Below, one piece after another: positions 39,514 through 46,856 of a stretch of DNA of 64,000 nt. Source of the DNA: Eubacteriales bacterium (lineage in GTDB: Bacteria; Bacillota; Clostridia; Oscillospirales; CAG-272). The notes below the pieces were generated by a model. It made no database searches and was not told where the DNA came from. It was given only the letters and a program-made list of their open reading frames with translations. Both the position numbers and the translations under genes were made by a program. The first letter of the stretch is position 1. Every line of letters starts with the position of its first letter. The stretch covers positions 9,674 to 73,673 of the forward strand of contig JAZQKP010000038.1 in assembly GCA_045542275.1 (NCBI GenBank), read 5' to 3'.

Positions 39514-39569
39514 CGAAATTTGACAGATTTTTACATTTTTTACATTTACAATCAGTAAGGAGGCTAAAA

Positions 39570-40154
39570 ATGATCGGAAAGATATTTTCTGTTTTCAGTA
39601 TAATTTCAGTAATATCTGCTATAGCGTGTAACAATGTAAAGGAGCTATGTCAAGGGATACTTGACGGAGCATCAAAGGGGGTAAATATCGCTTTTTCTTT
39701 AATGGGTATGATGGTATTATGGAATGGCATAATGAATGTATTTAAGGAATGTGGATTAATATCCCTTCTTTCCAAAATGTTAAAACCAATATTAAAACAT
39801 ATATTTCCGGATTCATTTAAAGACAATATAGCGACTGAAGAAATTACTGCGTGTATAAGCGCAAACATGTTGGGAATATCAAATGCAGCCACTCCCCTCG
39901 CCATTTCAGCTATGAAAGAACTGGATAGACACAATAAATCGAAAATTGCAACATCAGATATGATAACATTAACTATCATAGGCTGCTCTTGCTTTAATTT
40001 AATACCTACCACTCTATTGGCATTAAGAAGCTCTCATATGGCAGAAATCAACTATGAATTAATACTTCCTATATGGCTTTCCTCAGGTACGTGTATGGCT
40101 TTTGGTATATTTTTATCCCGTATTGCAAGTAAAATAAAAAGCAAAAATGCTTAA
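39570..40154 (+). CDS. spmA: spore maturation protein A (nucleoside-recognition/Gate domain membrane protein)
   Basis: About 194 aa membrane protein (GASKGVNIAFSLMGMMVLWNGIMNV). Paired with and overlapping spmB by 8 nt. TAAGGAGG RBS at the 39570 ATG. Confidence 0.8.
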   Translation: MIGKIFSVFSIISVISAIACNNVKELCQGILDGASKGVNIAFSLMGMMVLWNGIMNVFKECGLISLLSKMLKPILKHIFPDSFKDNIATEEITACISANMLGISNAATPLAISAMKELDRHNKSKIATSDMITLTIIGCSCFNLIPTTLLALRSSHMAEINYELILPIWLSSGTCMAFGIFLSRIASKIKSKNA

Positions 40155-40677
40155 GCTACAATATATATCCTCTCTAATTCTCCCCATTATTATTTTGGTG
40201 TTTTCAATAATGTTACTAGTATCAAAAAGAAATCTGATAGACGATTTTTTTATTGGTGCAAAGGAGGGAATAAAATCCACTGTAAATTTAACACCTAATT
40301 TATGCTTATTAACGGTAGCAATCTCAATGCTTTCCAGTAGTGGTGCGTTGGATATTATATCAAAAATCCTTTACCCCGTGTTTGATTTTTTGAAAATACC
40401 AAAGGATATTTTACCGTTAATAATTACACGACCCTTATCATTCGGTGCATCGGTTGCCGCTTATGAGAATTTAATAGAAAGGTGTGGTATTGATTCTATT
40501 GAGACTATATGTGCCTCAATAATTATGGCTTCCTCGGACACTACACTATATGTTATAAGTGTATACTTCTCTGCTACAAGCATAAAGAAAACCCGATACA
40601 CAATCCCAATTGCTTTAACTGTAAGTATTTTAAGTATTTTTTTATCATGCGTACTTGGAAGGTTACTTTTTGAATAA
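40147..40677 (+). CDS. spmB: spore maturation protein B
   Basis: 176 aa membrane protein in the second position of the spmAB pair (PLIITRPLSFGASVAAY). Confidence 0.8.
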   Translation: MLKLQYISSLILPIIILVFSIMLLVSKRNLIDDFFIGAKEGIKSTVNLTPNLCLLTVAISMLSSSGALDIISKILYPVFDFLKIPKDILPLIITRPLSFGASVAAYENLIERCGIDSIETICASIIMASSDTTLYVISVYFSATSIKKTRYTIPIALTVSILSIFLSCVLGRLLFE

Positions 40678-40723
40678 TAAAAAAAACGTGGGTAAATACT
40701 CATAAAAAATAATGGAGAATTTT

Positions 40724-40999
40724 ATGATTAAAGGCTGTCAAAAGAAAATTATTATAATTAAAGATACAGGAAACAAATACTTTGAAGAAGCACACTTCAT
40801 TGTAAAAAACGAATGTCTCGGTAGTGAAATAAATGAATATAATATTATAAAGGATGCTACTGCTATTGTAAATGATTATAAATCATCGATAAAATTAAAA
40901 CGAACAAAGAGAAACATCTTTAAGCATCTTCTCTATTTTATTCTTGGTGTTTTGTTTGGATCGGGTCTATGTATCGGTCTGTATTTTATGTTTATATAA
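40724..40999 (+). CDS. hypothetical small protein with a single C-terminal TM helix
   Basis: About 91 aa. A soluble N-terminus, then LLYFILGVLFGSGLCIGLYFMFI at the extreme C-terminus. The ATG at 40724 has a GGAG RBS (alternative ATG at 40712). I recognised no family. Confidence 0.4.
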   Translation: MIKGCQKKIIIIKDTGNKYFEEAHFIVKNECLGSEINEYNIIKDATAIVNDYKSSIKLKRTKRNIFKHLLYFILGVLFGSGLCIGLYFMFI

Positions 41000-41004
41000 C
41001 TCTA

Positions 41005-41033
41005 TTGACTTGAGATATTATTTATGGTAAAAT
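41005..41033 (+). promoter_or_regulatory. sigma-A type promoter of the rnj leader
   Basis: TTGACT - 17 nt - TAAAAT with TGg extended -10. This leaves a leader of roughly 125 nt. Confidence 0.6.
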
Positions 41034-41165
41034 ATTATCAACACAAGTTCGATTTATAATTTGTACAGTATACTGTGTATGGGGCCGTTTATACATATAC
41101 AAAAGCTGTACCATATCCGTCCAAGGACGGTCTTTTGCTATGCAATTTATCAGAAAGGAAAAATT

Positions 41166-43052
41166 ATGGCACAATCAAAAGAAAAAGCTAAAAAAGATAC
41201 AAAAGCCTTAAAACCAACAACCACTAAGAGCAAGAAAGCAACAAGCAAGACTGTTAACTCTACCGAGATTAAGAAAAAGACACAAAACAAAGCCTCATCT
41301 GTCCACGCAACACCTAAAAAGACAAAAAAACAAGATGTGTCTAAAAATGCAAGAAGAAAAGCTTCTACACATAAATTACCTAAAAAGTCTTTACCCAAGG
41401 TTAAGGTATTCTCTCTTGGAGGTCTTAACGAGATAGGTAAAAACATTACCTGTATTGAATGTGAAAATGACCTTATCGTAATCGACTGTGGAATTGGCTT
41501 TCCCGATGACGATATGCTCGGTGTTGATTTGGTAATTCCTGATTTTACTTATTTACAAAACAACATTGAAAAGCTAAGAGGTGTTTTCATAACTCACGGA
41601 CACGAGGACCATATTGGCTCTCTTCCCTACTTTTTACGTACAATGAATGTTCCTATTTACGGAACAAAGCTTTCCTTGGGTATTCTTGAAAACAAGCTTA
41701 CCGAGCATAAGCTTCTTCAAAGTGCTAAGCTTAATACAGTTTCGGCAGGCGACACCGTTACCCTTGGCTGCTTCAAGGTTGAATTTATAAGGGTTAATCA
41801 TTCTATTGCCGACGCCTGCGCCCTTGCGATTACTACCCCACAAGGTGTAATCTTCCACACAGGCGACTTCAAGCTCGATACCAATCCAATTGAAAGTGAA
41901 ATGATGGATATTACCAGAATCGGACAGCTTGGTAAGGAAGGAATTACAATGCTTCTTTGTGAATCCACCAATGTTGAGCGTCCCGGATATACACCGTCAG
42001 AAAGCAAGGTTGGTGTTTCTCTTGAAAAAATATACTCTTCCGCTACGGATAAGCGCATTATTATTGCCACCTTCTCCTCTAACGTACATAGAGTTCAACA
42101 GATTATAAACTCAAGTGTGCGTCACGGCAGAAAGGTTGCATTGACCGGCAGAAGTATGCTCAATGTTATTTCTGCTGCAGTAAATCTTGGATATATGAAT
42201 GTTCCCGATGGGGTAATAATTGACATTGACCAAATTAAGAAATATCCACCGGAAAAGCTTACAATTGTTACAACAGGTAGCCAGGGTGAGCCTATGTCTG
42301 CTCTCTACCGAATGGCATTTTCTGAGCATGACAGAGTTTCACTTACCGATAAGGACCTTGTAGTTTTAAGCTCCAGCGCCATTCCGGGTAATGAGCCCTT
42401 GGTTGGAAAGATAGTAAATGAGATGTATCGCCGAGGTGTAAACGTATATCACGATTCAACAGTTGAGGTTCACGTTTCGGGTCACGCATGTCAAGAGGAG
42501 CTAAAGCTTATGCATGCACTTACCAAGCCTAAATACTTTATGCCTGTTCACGGTGAGTACAGACATCTTATCCGTCACAAGGAGCTTGCCGAAGAAATGG
42601 GAATGAAGGCTGAAAATATCTTTGTATCCGATATTGGTAAGGTTATCGAAATTGACGAATTCGGTGCAAGATTTAACGGCACAGTCCCTGCCGGTAAGAT
42701 ACTTATTGACGGCTCCGGAATCGGTGATGTGGGAAATATAGTCTTAAGAGACAGAAAAAACCTTTCCGAAAACGGCCTTATTATTGCTGTAGCGACTGTA
42801 TCTATTGATGCAGGCATGCTTATGTCAGGACCTGAGATAATTTCCCGTGGATTTGTGTATGTACGTGAAAGTGAGGAGCTGGTAAACGGAGCTAAAAATG
42901 TAGCACAGACAGCACTTATAGATGCTCTTAACAAAGGTATTCGTGAATGGAATGAGCTTAAAGGCGTTATGAAATCTGCCATTTCAAAATTCATTTATGC
43001 CGAAACAAAGCGCAAGCCTGTAATACTCCCTATATTAATGAATTTAGATTAA
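41166..43052 (+). CDS. rnj: ribonuclease J with a lysine-rich N-terminal extension
   Basis: Metallo-beta-lactamase/beta-CASP core (VKVFSLGGLNEIGKN, ITHGHEDHIG, HTGDFK, HVSGH, MPVHGEYRHL) preceded by about 78 K/T/S-rich residues. The ATG at 41166 follows a GAAAGGAAAA RBS. Confidence 0.92.
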   Translation: MAQSKEKAKKDTKALKPTTTKSKKATSKTVNSTEIKKKTQNKASSVHATPKKTKKQDVSKNARRKASTHKLPKKSLPKVKVFSLGGLNEIGKNITCIECENDLIVIDCGIGFPDDDMLGVDLVIPDFTYLQNNIEKLRGVFITHGHEDHIGSLPYFLRTMNVPIYGTKLSLGILENKLTEHKLLQSAKLNTVSAGDTVTLGCFKVEFIRVNHSIADACALAITTPQGVIFHTGDFKLDTNPIESEMMDITRIGQLGKEGITMLLCESTNVERPGYTPSESKVGVSLEKIYSSATDKRIIIATFSSNVHRVQQIINSSVRHGRKVALTGRSMLNVISAAVNLGYMNVPDGVIIDIDQIKKYPPEKLTIVTTGSQGEPMSALYRMAFSEHDRVSLTDKDLVVLSSSAIPGNEPLVGKIVNEMYRRGVNVYHDSTVEVHVSGHACQEELKLMHALTKPKYFMPVHGEYRHLIRHKELAEEMGMKAENIFVSDIGKVIEIDEFGARFNGTVPAGKILIDGSGIGDVGNIVLRDRKNLSENGLIIAVATVSIDAGMLMSGPEIISRGFVYVRESEELVNGAKNVAQTALIDALNKGIREWNELKGVMKSAISKFIYAETKRKPVILPILMNLD

Positions 43053-43085
43053 AAACATCCGACCAAGTGATTGGTCGGATGTTTT
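43051..43085. terminator. bidirectional terminator between rnj and the convergent sigma-fusion gene
   Basis: aaaaa-catccgaccaa-gtga-ttggtcggatg-tttt, an 11-bp perfect stem. Confidence 0.88.
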
Positions 43086-43086
43086 A

Positions 43087-44865
43087 TTATTTTCTGTACG
43101 TAAATCCACTATTAGAAATATAGATATAATCATTTGCAATCGTATCTACTTTGTAACAATCTCTGTATCCGTATTTTTCCGAATAATCCTCTCCGTTTTC
43201 ATCAAAAATATTATATTCCCATGTATTTCCTATTAATACGGGAAAATACACACATCCATTTTCTGCGGAAGATGAAATACAATAGGATTTAAGTTCTCTT
43301 GAATATGGTAAAATATTGCTATAATAAGGAAATTCAACTTTTGATTTTATTAGTCCTACATTTGGACAATACCAGTGTTCAATATTTTCAAGACATTCAA
43401 GTGATTCTTTATAATCTTCCATGCTTTCATTACATATTGGCAATGTCTCCCTGATGACTATATGAATACAATCTTCAAATACACCCGCTTCGGTTTTAAC
43501 CGTTTCGTCCTTCGATACTATCTCATATCTTCTGTTCACGAGAACACCATTCCAAAGATAATACTCGTAATCAAGGTATCCATTTTCTAACAACGCATCT
43601 GAGCAGATAACCTGTTCTCCTTCAAAGCATCCAAAGAACCTGTGGGAATTCTTGATTCTATTATGTTTACCGGGAATATCCCATCCGTAATTTGCTTCAG
43701 AAATAATAACATCTTTTTGATTTTGTAAAATAAGGCAGAATGAGTTGAGAGTCGAATATTCACCGTTTAATTTTCCAATACTTTCAAGCATTTCCATTGA
43801 ATTCTTTGCTGCATTAACCATTGCACGAATTCTCACCGTGTCACCAACACAACAGTTTACGCTGTCGAAGCTTTTAATTTTATTATAGGCATTTAATGAT
43901 ATTCCCAACCAATCTCTTGCCTCTGTATAAGCAAATACTTTTATTTTGTGAGTAGCTATCCAAAAAGCACTTTCTGCACATAAAGCATAATGATTAATTG
44001 ATGTAGCAATCTCATACACCTCTATCAACATATTCAACTGTTTTTCTTCATATAAATCAAAGCAATGAGAAAACAAATATTCAGCAATAAGCTTTTTGTC
44101 ATTGGTCAGTCTTGCATATGCTATACTTTTTTCACCGTCAATTATTGCTTTTTCTCTATTAATGTGTGTAAGTGCCCTTAACCGGTATATTTCCGCTAAA
44201 AGCTTGTATTCCTTATCCATAGATTCGAATTCATTAATTGCTTTATCAAGATGAAAAGCTGCCATAGAATTATTTCGTATATTTACTGCCTTTTTTGCAT
44301 CAGAAATATAATCCTTAATATGACTGTAAATATCTTTGTTGCTTATTGTATTATTTTTCTTAACCATCATATGAATCAAATCTCCTTTCAATTTTTTTCG
44401 TCCTTCATGAAGACGGTATTTTATAGTTCCTTCAGGGACTGAAAGTAGAGTTGAAATTTCACTTATAGATTTTTCAGCAAGATAGTATAATGTTATTGTT
44501 TCAGCTATCGGTTTAGATAAGTTGTTTATCGCATTGTATAGCTCAAAATTTCTTTCCTTTTCACAAAGCTCCTCATCTACACTTCTGACAGAAATATATT
44601 CGTTGTCTTCCAAAGGTGAATGATATTTTGTCTGACGAAGCTTTTTTAAGGATAGATTTCTTGCTACCCCACATAACCAAGCTCCTATTTTTTCTTTATC
44701 CTTTATATTACCATAATTTAAATACAGCTGAATAAAAGTTTCCTGTACAACATCATCTACTTCAAAATTGTATTGAAAGTATGCATATACCGTACTATAT
44801 ACAATTGACTTAAATTTGTTTACTAGGTGCTCAAAATATTCTTCTGTACCGTTAAATCTATTCAA
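43087..44865 (-). CDS. ECF-type sigma-70 family factor fused to a roughly 420-aa C-terminal domain with no TM segment
   Basis: The N-terminal ~175 aa carry region 2 (DDVVQETFIQLY, AWLCGVARN) and region 4 (ITLYYLAEKSISEISTLLSVPEGTIKYRLHEGRKKL). The rest is helical-repeat-like and then mixed, with no hydrophobic helix. There is no in-frame ATG near the 5' end. The TTG at 44865 lies 8 nt after AAAGGAG (alternative TTG at 44907). Confidence 0.7.
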   Translation of the reverse strand: MNRFNGTEEYFEHLVNKFKSIVYSTVYAYFQYNFEVDDVVQETFIQLYLNYGNIKDKEKIGAWLCGVARNLSLKKLRQTKYHSPLEDNEYISVRSVDEELCEKERNFELYNAINNLSKPIAETITLYYLAEKSISEISTLLSVPEGTIKYRLHEGRKKLKGDLIHMMVKKNNTISNKDIYSHIKDYISDAKKAVNIRNNSMAAFHLDKAINEFESMDKEYKLLAEIYRLRALTHINREKAIIDGEKSIAYARLTNDKKLIAEYLFSHCFDLYEEKQLNMLIEVYEIATSINHYALCAESAFWIATHKIKVFAYTEARDWLGISLNAYNKIKSFDSVNCCVGDTVRIRAMVNAAKNSMEMLESIGKLNGEYSTLNSFCLILQNQKDVIISEANYGWDIPGKHNRIKNSHRFFGCFEGEQVICSDALLENGYLDYEYYLWNGVLVNRRYEIVSKDETVKTEAGVFEDCIHIVIRETLPICNESMEDYKESLECLENIEHWYCPNVGLIKSKVEFPYYSNILPYSRELKSYCISSSAENGCVYFPVLIGNTWEYNIFDENGEDYSEKYGYRDCYKVDTIANDYIYISNSGFTYRK

Positions 44866-44967
44866 TGCTTTCACTCCTTTTGATTCCGTTTGCGCATTCG
44901 GTTTCAATATTTAGTACCAAAATGTAATAAAAAGGTTGGAAATAAACAAAATTTAATTTTTAATACA

Positions 44968-45005
44968 ATTATACATCTATGAGCCTGAACAATCAACTAT
45001 TGATT
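44968..45005 (-). promoter_or_regulatory. candidate promoter of the sigma-fusion gene with an overlapping inverted repeat
   Basis: Minus strand: TTGATT - 17 nt - TATAAT. The -35 box is one arm of AATCAA-CTA-TTGATT (44991-45005). Confidence 0.45.
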
Positions 45006-45074
45006 AATGCATTTATAAATATAAACTGCATACGCAATGTCAGAACAATATACGTTGTTTTTTATTATTTTATA

Positions 45075-45103
45075 TTGCTTAAATAACAAAAGTGTGTTAA
45101 AAT
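45075..45103 (+). promoter_or_regulatory. candidate promoter of the ABC exporter operon
   Basis: TTGCTT - 17 nt - TAAAAT with TGt extended -10. Confidence 0.55.
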
Positions 45104-45130
45104 AAATAAAATCACTTTTTGGAGGTTTTT

Positions 45131-46855
45131 GTGAAAAAACTATTAATTCATATGAAAGGATATATCAAGGAGAGTATTATCAGCCCTCTTTTTAAGCTTC
45201 TTGAGGCTTGCTTTGAGCTGTTAGTTCCCCTTGTTGTAGCACTTATAATCGACGTAGGCATTCCTAATTCGGACAAGTCTTATGTTGTTAAAATGTGCCT
45301 TATAATGGCTGCCTTTGGCTTTGTAGGCCTTGCCTGCTCCCTTACTGCGCAATATTTTGCCGCTAAAGCCTCTGTGGGCTTTGCTACTAAGGTAAAGCGT
45401 TCTCTGTTTACTCACATTCAGTCACTCTCATATTCTGAAATAGATACACTTGGTACATCTACTCTTATCACACGAATGACAAGTGATATGAATCAGATAC
45501 AAAACGGTGTGAACCTGACATTACGTCTGTTTATGCGTTCACCGTTTATTGTATTTGGCGCTATGGCAATGGCATTTACTGTAGATGTTAAGTCTGCTCT
45601 TGTATTTACTGTTGCAATTCCTGTCCTTTCCGTAATTGTATTCGGCATAATGCTTGCCACTATACCTCTTTACAAGAATGTACAGAAAAAGCTTGACAGA
45701 GTTCTCGGTATTACACGAGAGAATCTTCAGGGTGTACGTGTTATCCGTGCCTTCGGACAGGAAAAGGAAGAGGAAGAAAAGTTTAAAACTGCTACATATG
45801 AGCTTAATAAAATGCAGAAATTTGTAGGCAAGATTTCTGCTATTATGAACCCTATGACCTATGCTATACTTAATATTGCCATTTCCGTTCTTATCTGGAA
45901 AGGCGCTATTCAAGTTAACATCGGCAATCTTTCACAGGGTGACGTTGTGGCGCTTTACAACTATATGTCAATGATACTTGTAGAGCTTATCAAGCTTGCA
46001 AACCTCATCATCAGCATTACAAAGGCTGTTGCCTGTGGAAACAGAGTTCAGGCAATTTTCGAGATTGAAAGCTCTATTAAGGGTGGAAATCCAGCACCCA
46101 AAGCTGTTGAAACACCGTATTCTGTTGAATTCGAGCATGCATATTTAAAGTATGTTACCTCAAACGAAACATCTCTTGATGATATTGATTTCAAGGTTAA
46201 AAAGGGTGAGGTTGTAGGTGTAATCGGCGGTACAGGCTCCGGAAAAACATCTCTTGTAAATCTTATCGGACGTTTTTATGACACCTGTGACGGCGACGTT
46301 AAGGTAAACGGCATTAACGTTAAGGAATATCCTACCGATATTCTAAGAGAAAAAATCGGCATAGTTCCCCAAAAGGCTGTTTTGTTCCGTGGAACTGTCC
46401 GTGAAAATATGAAATGGGGCAACGAAAATGCCTCAGATGAGGATATTATTGAGGCTATCGGAATTGCTCAGGCAAGTGATGTTTTAAGCTCCAAGCCTGA
46501 CGGACTTGATGCTTATATTGAACAGGGTGGAAAAAATCTTTCCGGTGGACAAAGGCAGCGATACACTATTGCACGTGCCCTTGTTAAAAAGCCTGAAATC
46601 CTTATTCTTGACGATAGCGCATCTGCCCTTGACTATGCAACTGATGCAGCGCTTCGCAGCTCACTTACAAAAATCGAGTACAAGCCTACGGTATTTATCG
46701 TTTCACAAAGAACATCATCCATTATGCACTCTGACAAGATTATTGTTCTTGACGACGGAAAAATAGTTGGAATGGGTAAGCACGATGAGTTACTTAAGGA
46801 CTGTACTGTTTACGCAGAAATTTACAACTCTCAGTTCAGAAAGGAGAGTGTGTAA
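45131..46855 (+). CDS. ABC exporter half-transporter (TMD-NBD), subunit with the degenerate nucleotide-binding domain
   Basis: Six-helix type I exporter TMD. Walker A GGTGSGKTS and signature LSGGQRQR. Walker B is ILILDDSASALD (Asp in place of the catalytic Glu) and the H-loop is SQR (Gln in place of His). GTG at 45131 after GGAGG. Confidence 0.9.
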   Translation: MKKLLIHMKGYIKESIISPLFKLLEACFELLVPLVVALIIDVGIPNSDKSYVVKMCLIMAAFGFVGLACSLTAQYFAAKASVGFATKVKRSLFTHIQSLSYSEIDTLGTSTLITRMTSDMNQIQNGVNLTLRLFMRSPFIVFGAMAMAFTVDVKSALVFTVAIPVLSVIVFGIMLATIPLYKNVQKKLDRVLGITRENLQGVRVIRAFGQEKEEEEKFKTATYELNKMQKFVGKISAIMNPMTYAILNIAISVLIWKGAIQVNIGNLSQGDVVALYNYMSMILVELIKLANLIISITKAVACGNRVQAIFEIESSIKGGNPAPKAVETPYSVEFEHAYLKYVTSNETSLDDIDFKVKKGEVVGVIGGTGSGKTSLVNLIGRFYDTCDGDVKVNGINVKEYPTDILREKIGIVPQKAVLFRGTVRENMKWGNENASDEDIIEAIGIAQASDVLSSKPDGLDAYIEQGGKNLSGGQRQRYTIARALVKKPEILILDDSASALDYATDAALRSSLTKIEYKPTVFIVSQRTSSIMHSDKIIVLDDGKIVGMGKHDELLKDCTVYAEIYNSQFRKESV

Positions 46856-46856
46856 A

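Noticed and set aside
44980-45087. A 35-codon ORF (MSLNNQLLINAF...) in the intergenic region between the sigma-fusion gene and the ABC operon.
   Set aside because: It has no Shine-Dalgarno sequence, overlaps both predicted promoters, and is A+T-rich intergenic DNA where such short frames arise by chance.
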